Positions 28,593 through 35,805 of a stretch of 64,000 bases of DNA are shown piece after piece. The translations under genes and the position numbers were made by a program. The notes beneath the pieces were generated by a model, which made no database searches, had not been told where the DNA came from, and saw only the letters and a list, made by a program, of their open reading frames with translations. Position 1 is the stretch's first letter; every line of letters begins with the position of its first letter. Source of the stretch: Clostridia bacterium (GTDB lineage Bacteria > Bacillota > Clostridia > Christensenellales > UBA1242); assembly GCA_017467585.1 (NCBI GenBank), contig JAFUSR010000004.1:600620-664619 (forward strand). The letters are read 5' to 3'.

Positions 28593-29321
28593 TTAAATTA
28601 TTCCACCATCAACACCTACAACACTTGCGGTCATGTAGCTTGCTTCATCACTTGCTAAGAAATAAACAACTGATGCAACGTCTTGCGGCGTTCCTATTCT
28701 TCCAAGAGCTGTCTCATTTTCTAACTCTTTCATGTCGTCGATTGTGATATTTTTTGTCATGTCTGTCAAAATAACACCAGGGCAAACACAATTAACATTT
28801 ATGTTTGAGTAGCCAACCTCTCTGGCAACAGCTTTTGTAAAAGCAATTATTCCACCTTTGCTCGCGCTATAAACAGTTTCCATGCTGCCACCAGCAACTC
28901 CCCACATGCTCGACACATTAACAATTTTGCCATATTGACGAGATATCATGCTAGGCAGTGCCTCTTTTGTTACATAAATTGTTCCAAGCAAATTAGTGAG
29001 CAACAGATTCTCGATTTCACTTGTCTTTGTGTCGATTAATAGTTTTGTGAGTGCCGTTCCTGCGTTATTGACCAAAACATCAATGTAGCCAAAAATCTCG
29101 AGTGTTTGTTTAACCAAGAGTTTTGCCTGCACAGGGTCGCCAACATCAGCGCGAATGGCAACAGCTCTAACCCCATTTCTTGTGAGCTCATCAGCAAGAT
29201 TTTCAGCTTTTTGCTGACTAGAAACATAGTTTATAACAACATTATAGCCACCACTTGCAAATTTTCTTGCAATGGCTTCACCTATTCCCCTTGATGCTCC
29301 TGTGATTAAAACCGTTTTCAT
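28593..29321 (-). CDS. SDR oxidoreductase; more similar to YmfI/EfpI (EF-P 5-aminopentanone reductase) than to FabG
   Basis: TGASRGIG, NNAG, NVSSMWG, YSASK; the SSxWG segment is YmfI-like. Confidence 0.7.
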   Translation of the reverse strand: MKTVLITGASRGIGEAIARKFASGGYNVVINYVSSQQKAENLADELTRNGVRAVAIRADVGDPVQAKLLVKQTLEIFGYIDVLVNNAGTALTKLLIDTKTSEIENLLLTNLLGTIYVTKEALPSMISRQYGKIVNVSSMWGVAGGSMETVYSASKGGIIAFTKAVAREVGYSNINVNCVCPGVILTDMTKNITIDDMKELENETALGRIGTPQDVASVVYFLASDEASYMTASVVGVDGGII

Positions 29322-29438
29322 TTTGCCCTCAAATATTATTATAATTAACAAAAAAACAATTGTCAAAGACTTTAGTTGGAGTAAAAAATATTTTTTTGAA
29401 TTAAAAAAGCTGGTCACCCCAGCTTTTGTTTTTCTTTT

Positions 29439-29951
29439 CTACATTGAACGTTCTTGCAAATCAACAGAATAATAAACTTCTTTTGTTTTTGAATTTGTAA
29501 CTGTTTCAATCTTAGAGGTTTCTGCCCCAATTATTTCACCTAATCGTTCAATGTCACCAAGATAAAAAATACAGTCATCACTTAAATATTGAGATCTTCC
29601 CATGTCTTCAAGTGCTAAGCTATAACCATGAGTTTCATAAGAAAAATTCACCACAAAATTTTTGTCTTTTTGGCTGACATTAACATCATAAAATGTTATT
29701 ATCTCTGAATCTCTGTCTTTATAAGCATAGCTATAGCTAATTTCTTTCTTCGGAAATTCAAGTGATTCATAGTTCAAACCGACGGCGTTCATGTCTGATA
29801 GCGCACGCTTAACAATTGACGAATCTATTTTAGACAAATATTCATCAGCTGTGATTTTAGGATAAAAGAACACAATTTTGCTGCAGCCCGCAAGTGGAAA
29901 CGCAAACATTGTTGCTGCAGTTAATAACAATTTTTTTGAAGGTCTTTTCAT
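29439..29951 (-). CDS. Hypothetical lipoprotein
   Basis: Basic N-terminus, hydrophobic stretch and LAGC lipobox; GGAG RBS. Confidence 0.75.
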   Translation of the reverse strand: MKRPSKKLLLTAATMFAFPLAGCSKIVFFYPKITADEYLSKIDSSIVKRALSDMNAVGLNYESLEFPKKEISYSYAYKDRDSEIITFYDVNVSQKDKNFVVNFSYETHGYSLALEDMGRSQYLSDDCIFYLGDIERLGEIIGAETSKIETVTNSKTKEVYYSVDLQERSM

Positions 29952-30025
29952 ATAATTCTCCACAAACATTTTTTACAGCATGCATTATATTATACATTAA
30001 CTCTTTTGTCAATATTGATTTTCAC

Positions 30026-30048
30026 AAAAAAAACACCTGGCGGTGTTT
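30026..30048 (-). terminator. Intrinsic terminator immediately after the tRNA 3'-half copy
   Basis: Minus strand AAACACC-GCCA-GGTGTTT followed by a T-run. Confidence 0.75.
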
Positions 30049-30052
30049 GTTT

Positions 30053-30085
30053 TGGTGAATCGCCAGGGGTTAGCCAACTGGACCC
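30053..30085 (-). pseudogene. Degenerate 3' half of tRNA-Lys (variable loop, T-arm, acceptor, CCA)
   Basis: GGGTCCAGTTGGCTAACCCCTGGCGATTCACCA matches the intact tRNA 3' end at 27/33 positions; the T-loop is altered. Confidence 0.75.
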
Positions 30086-30184
30086 AATGTATGCGACAGC
30101 ATTCAGGGGTGCGACAATATGTTAAACAATGGTTTTTTGCAAATCACATATTAAGCAAGGTAGAATTCCTGGCGAAAAATAAAT

Positions 30185-30209
30185 AAAAAAAACAGGCTTT
30201 TGCCTGTTT
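30185..30209 (-). terminator. Intrinsic terminator after tRNA-Lys
   Basis: AAACAGGC-AAAA-GCCTGTTT followed by a T-run. Confidence 0.85.
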
Positions 30210-30214
30210 CATTT

Positions 30215-30290
30215 TGGTGGATCGCCAGGGGTTCGAACCCTGGACCCCCTGATTAAGAGTCAGATGCTCTACCAACTGAGCTAGCGATCC
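30215..30290 (-). tRNA. tRNA-Lys(CUU), 76 nt, CCA encoded
   Basis: GGATCGC/GCGATCC acceptor, GCTC/GAGC D-stem, anticodon loop CT-CTT-AA, CAGGG-TTCGAAC-CCCTG T-arm. Confidence 0.97.
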
Positions 30291-30410
30291 ATGATAACAT
30301 AATTTTCTCTGTTTTTTAGATTGGGTCCAGGGAAACCCTTCCGCTCGCACCAAAGTGCTCGCACGCTTTGGCTAAAAACTTGCCACTGGCAACTTTTTAA
30401 ACGCGTCGCG

Positions 30411-30454
30411 CCCAGATTAAGAGTCAGATGCTCTCCTAGCTGAGCTAGCGATCC
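30411..30454 (-). pseudogene. 5' half of a second tRNA-Lys(CUU), ending after the anticodon stem
   Basis: 40/44 nt identical to the intact tRNA 5' part; then replaced by ~90 nt of hairpin-rich non-tRNA sequence with no T-arm or acceptor 3' strand. Confidence 0.85.
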
Positions 30455-30484
30455 ATATTCGCTTAAAATGAACGAACAAATAAT

Positions 30485-30514
30485 ATTATACACATATCAA
30501 GCAAAAAATCAAGA
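30485..30514 (-). promoter_or_regulatory. Sigma-A-type promoter for the tRNA locus
   Basis: TTGATT-N18-TATAAT upstream of the 5'-half copy. Confidence 0.6.
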
Positions 30515-30529
30515 ACTTTTTTTGTTTTG

Positions 30530-31069
30530 TTAAAACTTTTGATTGTTGCTTTCTATTCCGTAAACATTTTGATAAATCAGGTTTAAACAATTGTTAACAT
30601 CTTTAGCAAAATCTTTGTGAGTCATTATATTAAGTTTTAAATTTGAAATAAAATTTTTCTTGCGGTAACTTGGCTGAAAATAGCAAATGTTGTGATGAAC
30701 AAAATTTAACTTTTCATAAAAATGAATTCTTCGTTGCGCAATGGCGTTCTCTGGTGGTTCAACTTCAAAAATAATATTATTGCCATATTTTTTGTTAAAC
30801 TCAGTTAAAATTTTTGTTCCATATCCACGTCCACGAAAATCTGGCAAGACTGCAAAATGCTCAATAAAATAAAAGTCTTTAACCTTCCAATAAACAAGAT
30901 AAGCAACCAAATCGTTTCCATCATAAAAAAATCTTGGGCAAAACTGTTTGTTGTTTTCAATCAAATTTCTAATTTGGGTTTTTGTTCTTCTTTCGACAGA
31001 AGGAAAATCTTTTTTGTGAATTTCATAAAAATAATCAACTTCCGCCGTGGTTATTGGTTCAATTCTCAT
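30530..31069 (-). CDS. GNAT family N-acetyltransferase
   Basis: FIEHFAV.P.FRGRGYG acetyl-CoA loop, IIFEVEPP, RRIHFYE. Confidence 0.9.
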   Translation of the reverse strand: MRIEPITTAEVDYFYEIHKKDFPSVERRTKTQIRNLIENNKQFCPRFFYDGNDLVAYLVYWKVKDFYFIEHFAVLPDFRGRGYGTKILTEFNKKYGNNIIFEVEPPENAIAQRRIHFYEKLNFVHHNICYFQPSYRKKNFISNLKLNIMTHKDFAKDVNNCLNLIYQNVYGIESNNQKF

Positions 31070-31150
31070 ATGTTAATTATATAACACACTCATCAAGCTT
31101 GTCAAAAAATTTGTTGACAACACTCAAATTGATTTGTTAGCATATTAATT
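31070..31150. promoter_or_regulatory. Back-to-back sigma-A promoters; both transcripts apparently leaderless
   Basis: Minus: TTGACA-N18-TATAAT-N6-ATG. Plus: TTGACA-N18-TAGCAT-N7-ATG with a TG extension. No Shine-Dalgarno on either side. Confidence 0.6.
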
Positions 31151-31672
31151 ATGAACAATAAACTTATTGCAGTTGACATTTTCGACAACCAAATTGGCAC
31201 GGTTTCTAAAGAAGAAGCTCACAAAAAGCCTGTTCTTCACAGGGCTTTTTCTGTGTTTCTCTATCATGACAACAAAATTTTGATTCAACGTCGTGCGTTT
31301 TCTAAATATCATTCTGGCGGGCTTTGGGCAAACACGTGTTGCAGTCACCCAAGAACAAACGATATTTTGGCCGATGCAAAACAAAGACTGAGCGAAGAAG
31401 TTGGAATTGTCGTTGAAAAAAACTCACTTTCTGAGCTCTATTCGTTCACCTATCTTTCTAAGTATGCCGAAAACCTTTATGAATATGAATTTGACCATGT
31501 TATTGTTGGTGAATATGATGGTTCTTTTGCCCTCAACAAAGACGAGGTTGAAGAAATGCGATGGGCAGACATTAACGAGCTTGCAACAGACATTGTTAAA
31601 AATCCAAAAAAATATGCAACATGGTTTTTAATCTGCGCTCCAAAAGTTATTGAATATATCAACAAAAAGTAA
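31151..31672 (+). CDS. idi: Type 1 isopentenyl-diphosphate delta-isomerase (Nudix fold)
   Basis: LHRAFSVF, QRRA..KYH.GGLWANTCCSHP, EYEFDHV. Confidence 0.93.
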   Translation: MNNKLIAVDIFDNQIGTVSKEEAHKKPVLHRAFSVFLYHDNKILIQRRAFSKYHSGGLWANTCCSHPRTNDILADAKQRLSEEVGIVVEKNSLSELYSFTYLSKYAENLYEYEFDHVIVGEYDGSFALNKDEVEEMRWADINELATDIVKNPKKYATWFLICAPKVIEYINKK

Positions 31673-31754
31673 CAAATTTTTATGTTTTTCAATAAAAAAC
31701 TGGTATTGACACTGCCAGTTTTTTATGTTAAGATTTCCTTTGGAGAAAGCGCAT

Positions 31755-32387
31755 ATGAACAATACTATCGAAATAACATATACAGACGGAGCAAAAACCA
31801 TCATTGAACAAGAAGAAACATCAATAAACATTGCTCACCTGCCTAATTTTAAAAAAATTGAAAGCATTTCTTTTGGCGAAGGCTTTGAATATATCTATGC
31901 TTACGACCAAGACTCAACAGAAGTTGAGGAACTCGCCGACCTTGAAAATTTAAAAAACGTTACTCTGCCTAACAGTTTAAAAACAATTGGATTTGGCTGT
32001 TTTTCTTTTTCTAACATTGAAACCCTAAATATTCCTAATAATGTTGTTGAAATTCAAAAGTTTGCGTTTTTTATGAGCAAAATAAAAAAAGTTAATTTTC
32101 CGCCTCATTTGAATGAAATTGGAGAATATGCCTTTGCTTATTGTGAAAACATTAAAAGCATTCACATTCCATATTCAACAAAGAATGTTGGAAAGCATGC
32201 CTTCAGGGGTTGCAAAAGCCTTGAAAGCGCAAGACTTTCTAAAAACATGACAGAGGTTGAAATTGGAACTTTTGAAGGTTGCACAAAACTTGAAAATGTT
32301 ATAATTCCTTCTAGCATTGTTTCTGTTGGTTCATCTGCTTTTTTGGGCACTCCTTTTGCAGAAAACATCGCAAGACAAAAAGACTAA
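31755..32387 (+). CDS. BspA/TpLRR-type leucine-rich repeat protein, no signal peptide
   Basis: Repeated (L/I)PxxLxxIGxxAFxxC units; GGAG RBS before 31755. Confidence 0.88.
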   Translation: MNNTIEITYTDGAKTIIEQEETSINIAHLPNFKKIESISFGEGFEYIYAYDQDSTEVEELADLENLKNVTLPNSLKTIGFGCFSFSNIETLNIPNNVVEIQKFAFFMSKIKKVNFPPHLNEIGEYAFAYCENIKSIHIPYSTKNVGKHAFRGCKSLESARLSKNMTEVEIGTFEGCTKLENVIIPSSIVSVGSSAFLGTPFAENIARQKD

Positions 32388-32399
32388 ATTTATGTTAAC

Positions 32400-32429
32400 A
32401 AAAAAAACAGCCAATCGGCTGTTTTTTTT
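32400..32429. terminator. Bidirectional terminator between the LRR gene and mscL
   Basis: A-run, CAGCC-AATC-GGCTG, T-run. Confidence 0.8.
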
Positions 32430-32432
32430 AAT

Positions 32433-33044
32433 CTATTTTGCTTGTTTTGCAAGCAGGTCGCGAATTTCTTTAAGCAAATCTTCTTGTGTTGGGTTTGCTT
32501 TTCTGTCGGCTTCTGCTTTTGCGGCAGCTTCTGCATCTGCCTTTGCCTTTTCGGCTGCTTCTTTTTCTGCCTTTTCAGCAAGATATGCTTCTCTGTCTGC
32601 TTTTTTGAATGGGTTTTTGCCTGCTGCTTTCATTGCCTTTCTGTCTTCTCTAGTTAGTTTTGGCTTAACATCGTCAGCTGCCTTGTGCAAAAGTTTGCTG
32701 CTTTCCATTGCCACTTTCAAAATGATAAAGAGTGTCATGGCAATAATTAAGAAGTTCAAAACTGCTGTGATAAAAGCACCCCAGTTAATATAGATGCTCT
32801 TAGCAAGGTCAACAACTGGGTCGCCATTTGCATCAACTGTTTCAACTTTCTTTAAGAAAGTAAGAGCGCCTTCGAGCCCATTGCCAGCTCCAGACAACGC
32901 CAAGTTAACTAGTGGCATGATTATTCCGTTGGTAAATGCAGTTACAATTGCAGAAAACGCACCACCAATAATAACGCCGACAGCCATGTCTAGAATATTT
33001 CCACGGCTGATAAAGGCTTTAAATTCTTGAAAAAACTTTTTCAT
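32433..33044 (-). CDS. mscL: Large-conductance mechanosensitive channel with an extended C-terminal region
   Basis: EFKAFISRGNILDMAVGVIIGGAF, INWGAFITAVLNFLII, EDLLKEIRDLL. Confidence 0.95.
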   Translation of the reverse strand: MKKFFQEFKAFISRGNILDMAVGVIIGGAFSAIVTAFTNGIIMPLVNLALSGAGNGLEGALTFLKKVETVDANGDPVVDLAKSIYINWGAFITAVLNFLIIAMTLFIILKVAMESSKLLHKAADDVKPKLTREDRKAMKAAGKNPFKKADREAYLAEKAEKEAAEKAKADAEAAAKAEADRKANPTQEDLLKEIRDLLAKQAK

Positions 33045-33218
33045 TTGATTATTCTCCTTTTTAAACTAACTTTAGTGTAACAAATATTGCCGGCATTTTC
33101 AAGCAAAATATTGAATTTTGTGAAATTTAAATCGTCAAATCTTTTGCGCGAACTTGGTTGACAAAAAGTTGTCTTGAGTTTATTATTTATCTGTTAACAA
33201 AATTTATCGAGGAAATTT

Positions 33219-34607
33219 ATGAAAAAGACAGACATTAAAATCTTACACAAAACTTACGCCCAATTAGACGGCAAAGAAGTTACTGTTGCTGGTTGGATTA
33301 AAAGTGTTCGAAACAGCAAGACATTTGGCTTTATCGACTTAAACGACGGAACAACATTTGCAGGTGTTCAAGTTATTTTTAACGACACCCTTTCTAACTA
33401 TGAAGATATTTCAAAACTTAATGCTGGTTCTTCAATTATCGTAACAGGAAAACTTGTTTGCACACCAGAAATGAAACAACCTTTTGAAATTCATGCGAGC
33501 GCAGTTGAAATTGCAAATGCAACAACCGACGAATATCCACTTCAAAAGAAACACCATTCTGTTGAATTTTTGCGCGAAATTGCATATTTGCGCCCAAGAA
33601 CCAACCTTTTTAACGCCGTGTTCCGCATCAGAAGTGTTGCAGCCTTTGCAATTCACAAATATTTTCAAGAAAATGGCTATCTTTATGTTCATACTCCTCT
33701 TATTACCACAACCGACTGCGAAGGCAGCGATCAAATGTTTAAGATAACAACTCTTAAATTTAATGACCTTCCTAAAAACCCAGACGGCACTGTCGACATG
33801 ACAAAAGACCTTTTTGGAAAACAAGCATATATAACCGGAAGCGGACAACTCCATGGCGAAGCTTTTGCACTTGCAAACAGCAAAATTTATACATTTGGGC
33901 CAACTTTTAGAACAGAAAACAGCAACACAAAAACTCACGCAAACGAATTTTGGATGATAGAACCAGAGATTGCCTTCTGCGATCTTGAAAACCTTATGGA
34001 CATTGAAGAAGAAATGCTCAAGAGCGTTGTTGGCTATGTTCTTGAAAATTGCCCTACTGAAATCAACTTTCTAGACAAGTTTGTTGCAAATGGCCTTCGT
34101 GAAAAACTTGAAAAACTGCTTTCTAGCAAGTTCACACGCATTGACCATGCAGAAGTAATCAAAATTTTGCAAGCCGCACCTGTTAAATGGGAATTCAGAC
34201 CAGAAGAAGGCGGCGACATTGCAAAGGAACACGAAAAATATATCACTGAATATTTTGGTGGCCCAGTGTTTATTAAAAACTGGCCAAAAGACATTAAAGC
34301 ATATTATATGAAACTAAACCCAGATGGCAAAACCGTTGCTGCTGTCGACCTTGAAGTTCCTGGCGCTGGCGAGCTTATGGGCGGAAGCCAGCGTGAAGAA
34401 GATTATGCAAAAATCTGCAAACGCTGCGACGAAATGGGTGTTGACAAATCAGCCATTGACTGGTATTTAAACCTCAGAAAATTTGGTTCTTGCGTTCACT
34501 CTGGCTTTGGCATGGGCTTTGAGAGACTTGTTATGTACCTCACTGGCGTTGATAACATTCGCGACTCTATTCCATTTCCAAGAACTCCAAAGAACTGTGA
34601 ATATTAA
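33219..34607 (+). CDS. asnS: Asparaginyl-tRNA synthetase
   Basis: OB-fold N-terminus, SGQLHGE, FRTENSNTKTHANEFWMIEPE, GFGMGFERL. Confidence 0.97.
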   Translation: MKKTDIKILHKTYAQLDGKEVTVAGWIKSVRNSKTFGFIDLNDGTTFAGVQVIFNDTLSNYEDISKLNAGSSIIVTGKLVCTPEMKQPFEIHASAVEIANATTDEYPLQKKHHSVEFLREIAYLRPRTNLFNAVFRIRSVAAFAIHKYFQENGYLYVHTPLITTTDCEGSDQMFKITTLKFNDLPKNPDGTVDMTKDLFGKQAYITGSGQLHGEAFALANSKIYTFGPTFRTENSNTKTHANEFWMIEPEIAFCDLENLMDIEEEMLKSVVGYVLENCPTEINFLDKFVANGLREKLEKLLSSKFTRIDHAEVIKILQAAPVKWEFRPEEGGDIAKEHEKYITEYFGGPVFIKNWPKDIKAYYMKLNPDGKTVAAVDLEVPGAGELMGGSQREEDYAKICKRCDEMGVDKSAIDWYLNLRKFGSCVHSGFGMGFERLVMYLTGVDNIRDSIPFPRTPKNCEY

Positions 34608-34619
34608 TATTTTTCAAAC

Positions 34620-34653
34620 AAAAAAGAGCGACAGATGTCGCTCTTTTGTTTTT
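34620..34653. terminator. Bidirectional terminator after asnS
   Basis: AAAAGAGCGAC-AGAT-GTCGCTCTTTT. Confidence 0.8.
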
Positions 34654-34658
34654 CGCTT

Positions 34659-35126
34659 TTATTTGTCTTCTTCAAGTTGGGCTTTGGCCTGGTTATATTC
34701 ATCTTCGGTTATAAGCCCGTTTGCTTTAAATCTTTCGAGTTTTGCCAGTTTTTCGGCCTTTTCTGATTCTGTTTTTGGAACGTCAATTTCAACCTCAACA
34801 GGTTCGGAATCAGATTTTTGTTGTTGAGGCTCTTGTTCTTTTACGTCGTTAACAACAACATTATTTGAAATTGAAAAATATGGAATAAGCGAAATTAAGC
34901 CAAATGGAAAATATAAAACGCAGCCAAAGATTGTCCACGCCTGAACAAGTTTTTTGTTCATTGAAAGTTCTAGCCCGCTCATTTCTGAATAGTTAGAATA
35001 TCTGTGGGCTGCAATAACCGAATAAACCCCAAGTGGCAACAAAATGAGTGTTGAAATCAAGATTATTCCATAAAAATATGCAATAACCGTCATGATGTTA
35101 TAAACCACATAATTATTTTTGTTCAT
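34659..35126 (-). CDS. Membrane protein with a C-terminal SHOCT domain
   Basis: Two hydrophobic segments; KLAKLERFKANGLITEDEYNQAKAQL. Confidence 0.8.
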   Translation of the reverse strand: MNKNNYVVYNIMTVIAYFYGIILISTLILLPLGVYSVIAAHRYSNYSEMSGLELSMNKKLVQAWTIFGCVLYFPFGLISLIPYFSISNNVVVNDVKEQEPQQQKSDSEPVEVEIDVPKTESEKAEKLAKLERFKANGLITEDEYNQAKAQLEEDK

Positions 35127-35790
35127 TTTTCTCTCCTACTTTAGCAACGGTGTTGGTTTTGATTTTCTTTCTTACACTTTTAAACAAGTCAACACGGCTC
35201 TCCTTTCCGATAATAAGCCTTTTTATGTTTGCCCTGTGAGCCCACCATGTGAGCACAAAAATTGCAAACAGAATAAAACAAATTATAAGTCTGTCTGGAT
35301 TTTCAAGAGCCTTTGCCTTGAAGCCTTCAACAACAGTTAAAACAGTAACCGACAAGAAACTTCCAACCGACACATATTTAAACACAAGCCAAACCAGCAA
35401 GAACACAACAAGCACAATGGTTGTAACCAGTGGGTCTACCACCATAAACACGCCAAGCATTGTTGCAATTCCCTTTCCGCCCTTAAACAGATAGAACACT
35501 GGAAAAACGTGTCCAACAATTGCAGAAACACCTGCAATATAAGTATATGTCAGATTTTTGAAAACAAGAAGCACAACAAGTGTTGGAATAACACCCTTTA
35601 ACATGTCTAAAACAAGGTTAATTGCTCCAACGCCAACACCAAAATTTCGAATGGTGTTTGTTGTTCCTGGGTTTCCGCTTCCGAGTTTGGTTATGTCTTT
35701 ATGGTGTTTGCTAGAAATAATTCTTGCAAAACTAATGTTTCCAAACAGATATGAGCAAACCGCAATAAGCACAATGTGCCACCAAATCAT
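35113..35790 (-). CDS. plsY: Glycerol-3-phosphate acyltransferase PlsY
   Basis: GSGNPGTTN, GHVFPV...FKGGKGIAT, AHRANIKRL. Confidence 0.96.
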   Translation of the reverse strand: MIWWHIVLIAVCSYLFGNISFARIISSKHHKDITKLGSGNPGTTNTIRNFGVGVGAINLVLDMLKGVIPTLVVLLVFKNLTYTYIAGVSAIVGHVFPVFYLFKGGKGIATMLGVFMVVDPLVTTIVLVVFLLVWLVFKYVSVGSFLSVTVLTVVEGFKAKALENPDRLIICFILFAIFVLTWWAHRANIKRLIIGKESRVDLFKSVRKKIKTNTVAKVGEKNEQK

Positions 35791-35805
35791 AGGTTTTCCT
35801 CCAAA

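Noticed and set aside
30320-30410. Group I intron or BHB intron in tRNA-Lys
   Set aside because: Only ~90 nt, no P/Q/R/S core, the break is outside the anticodon loop, and no 3' exon follows directly
33121-33218. T-box leaders before asnS and metG
   Set aside because: The leaders are too short and no T-box antiterminator motif is seen
28277-35126. Prophage or integrative island at tRNA-Lys
   Set aside because: No integrase, transposase or phage gene; the tRNA fragments enclose only ~400 bp
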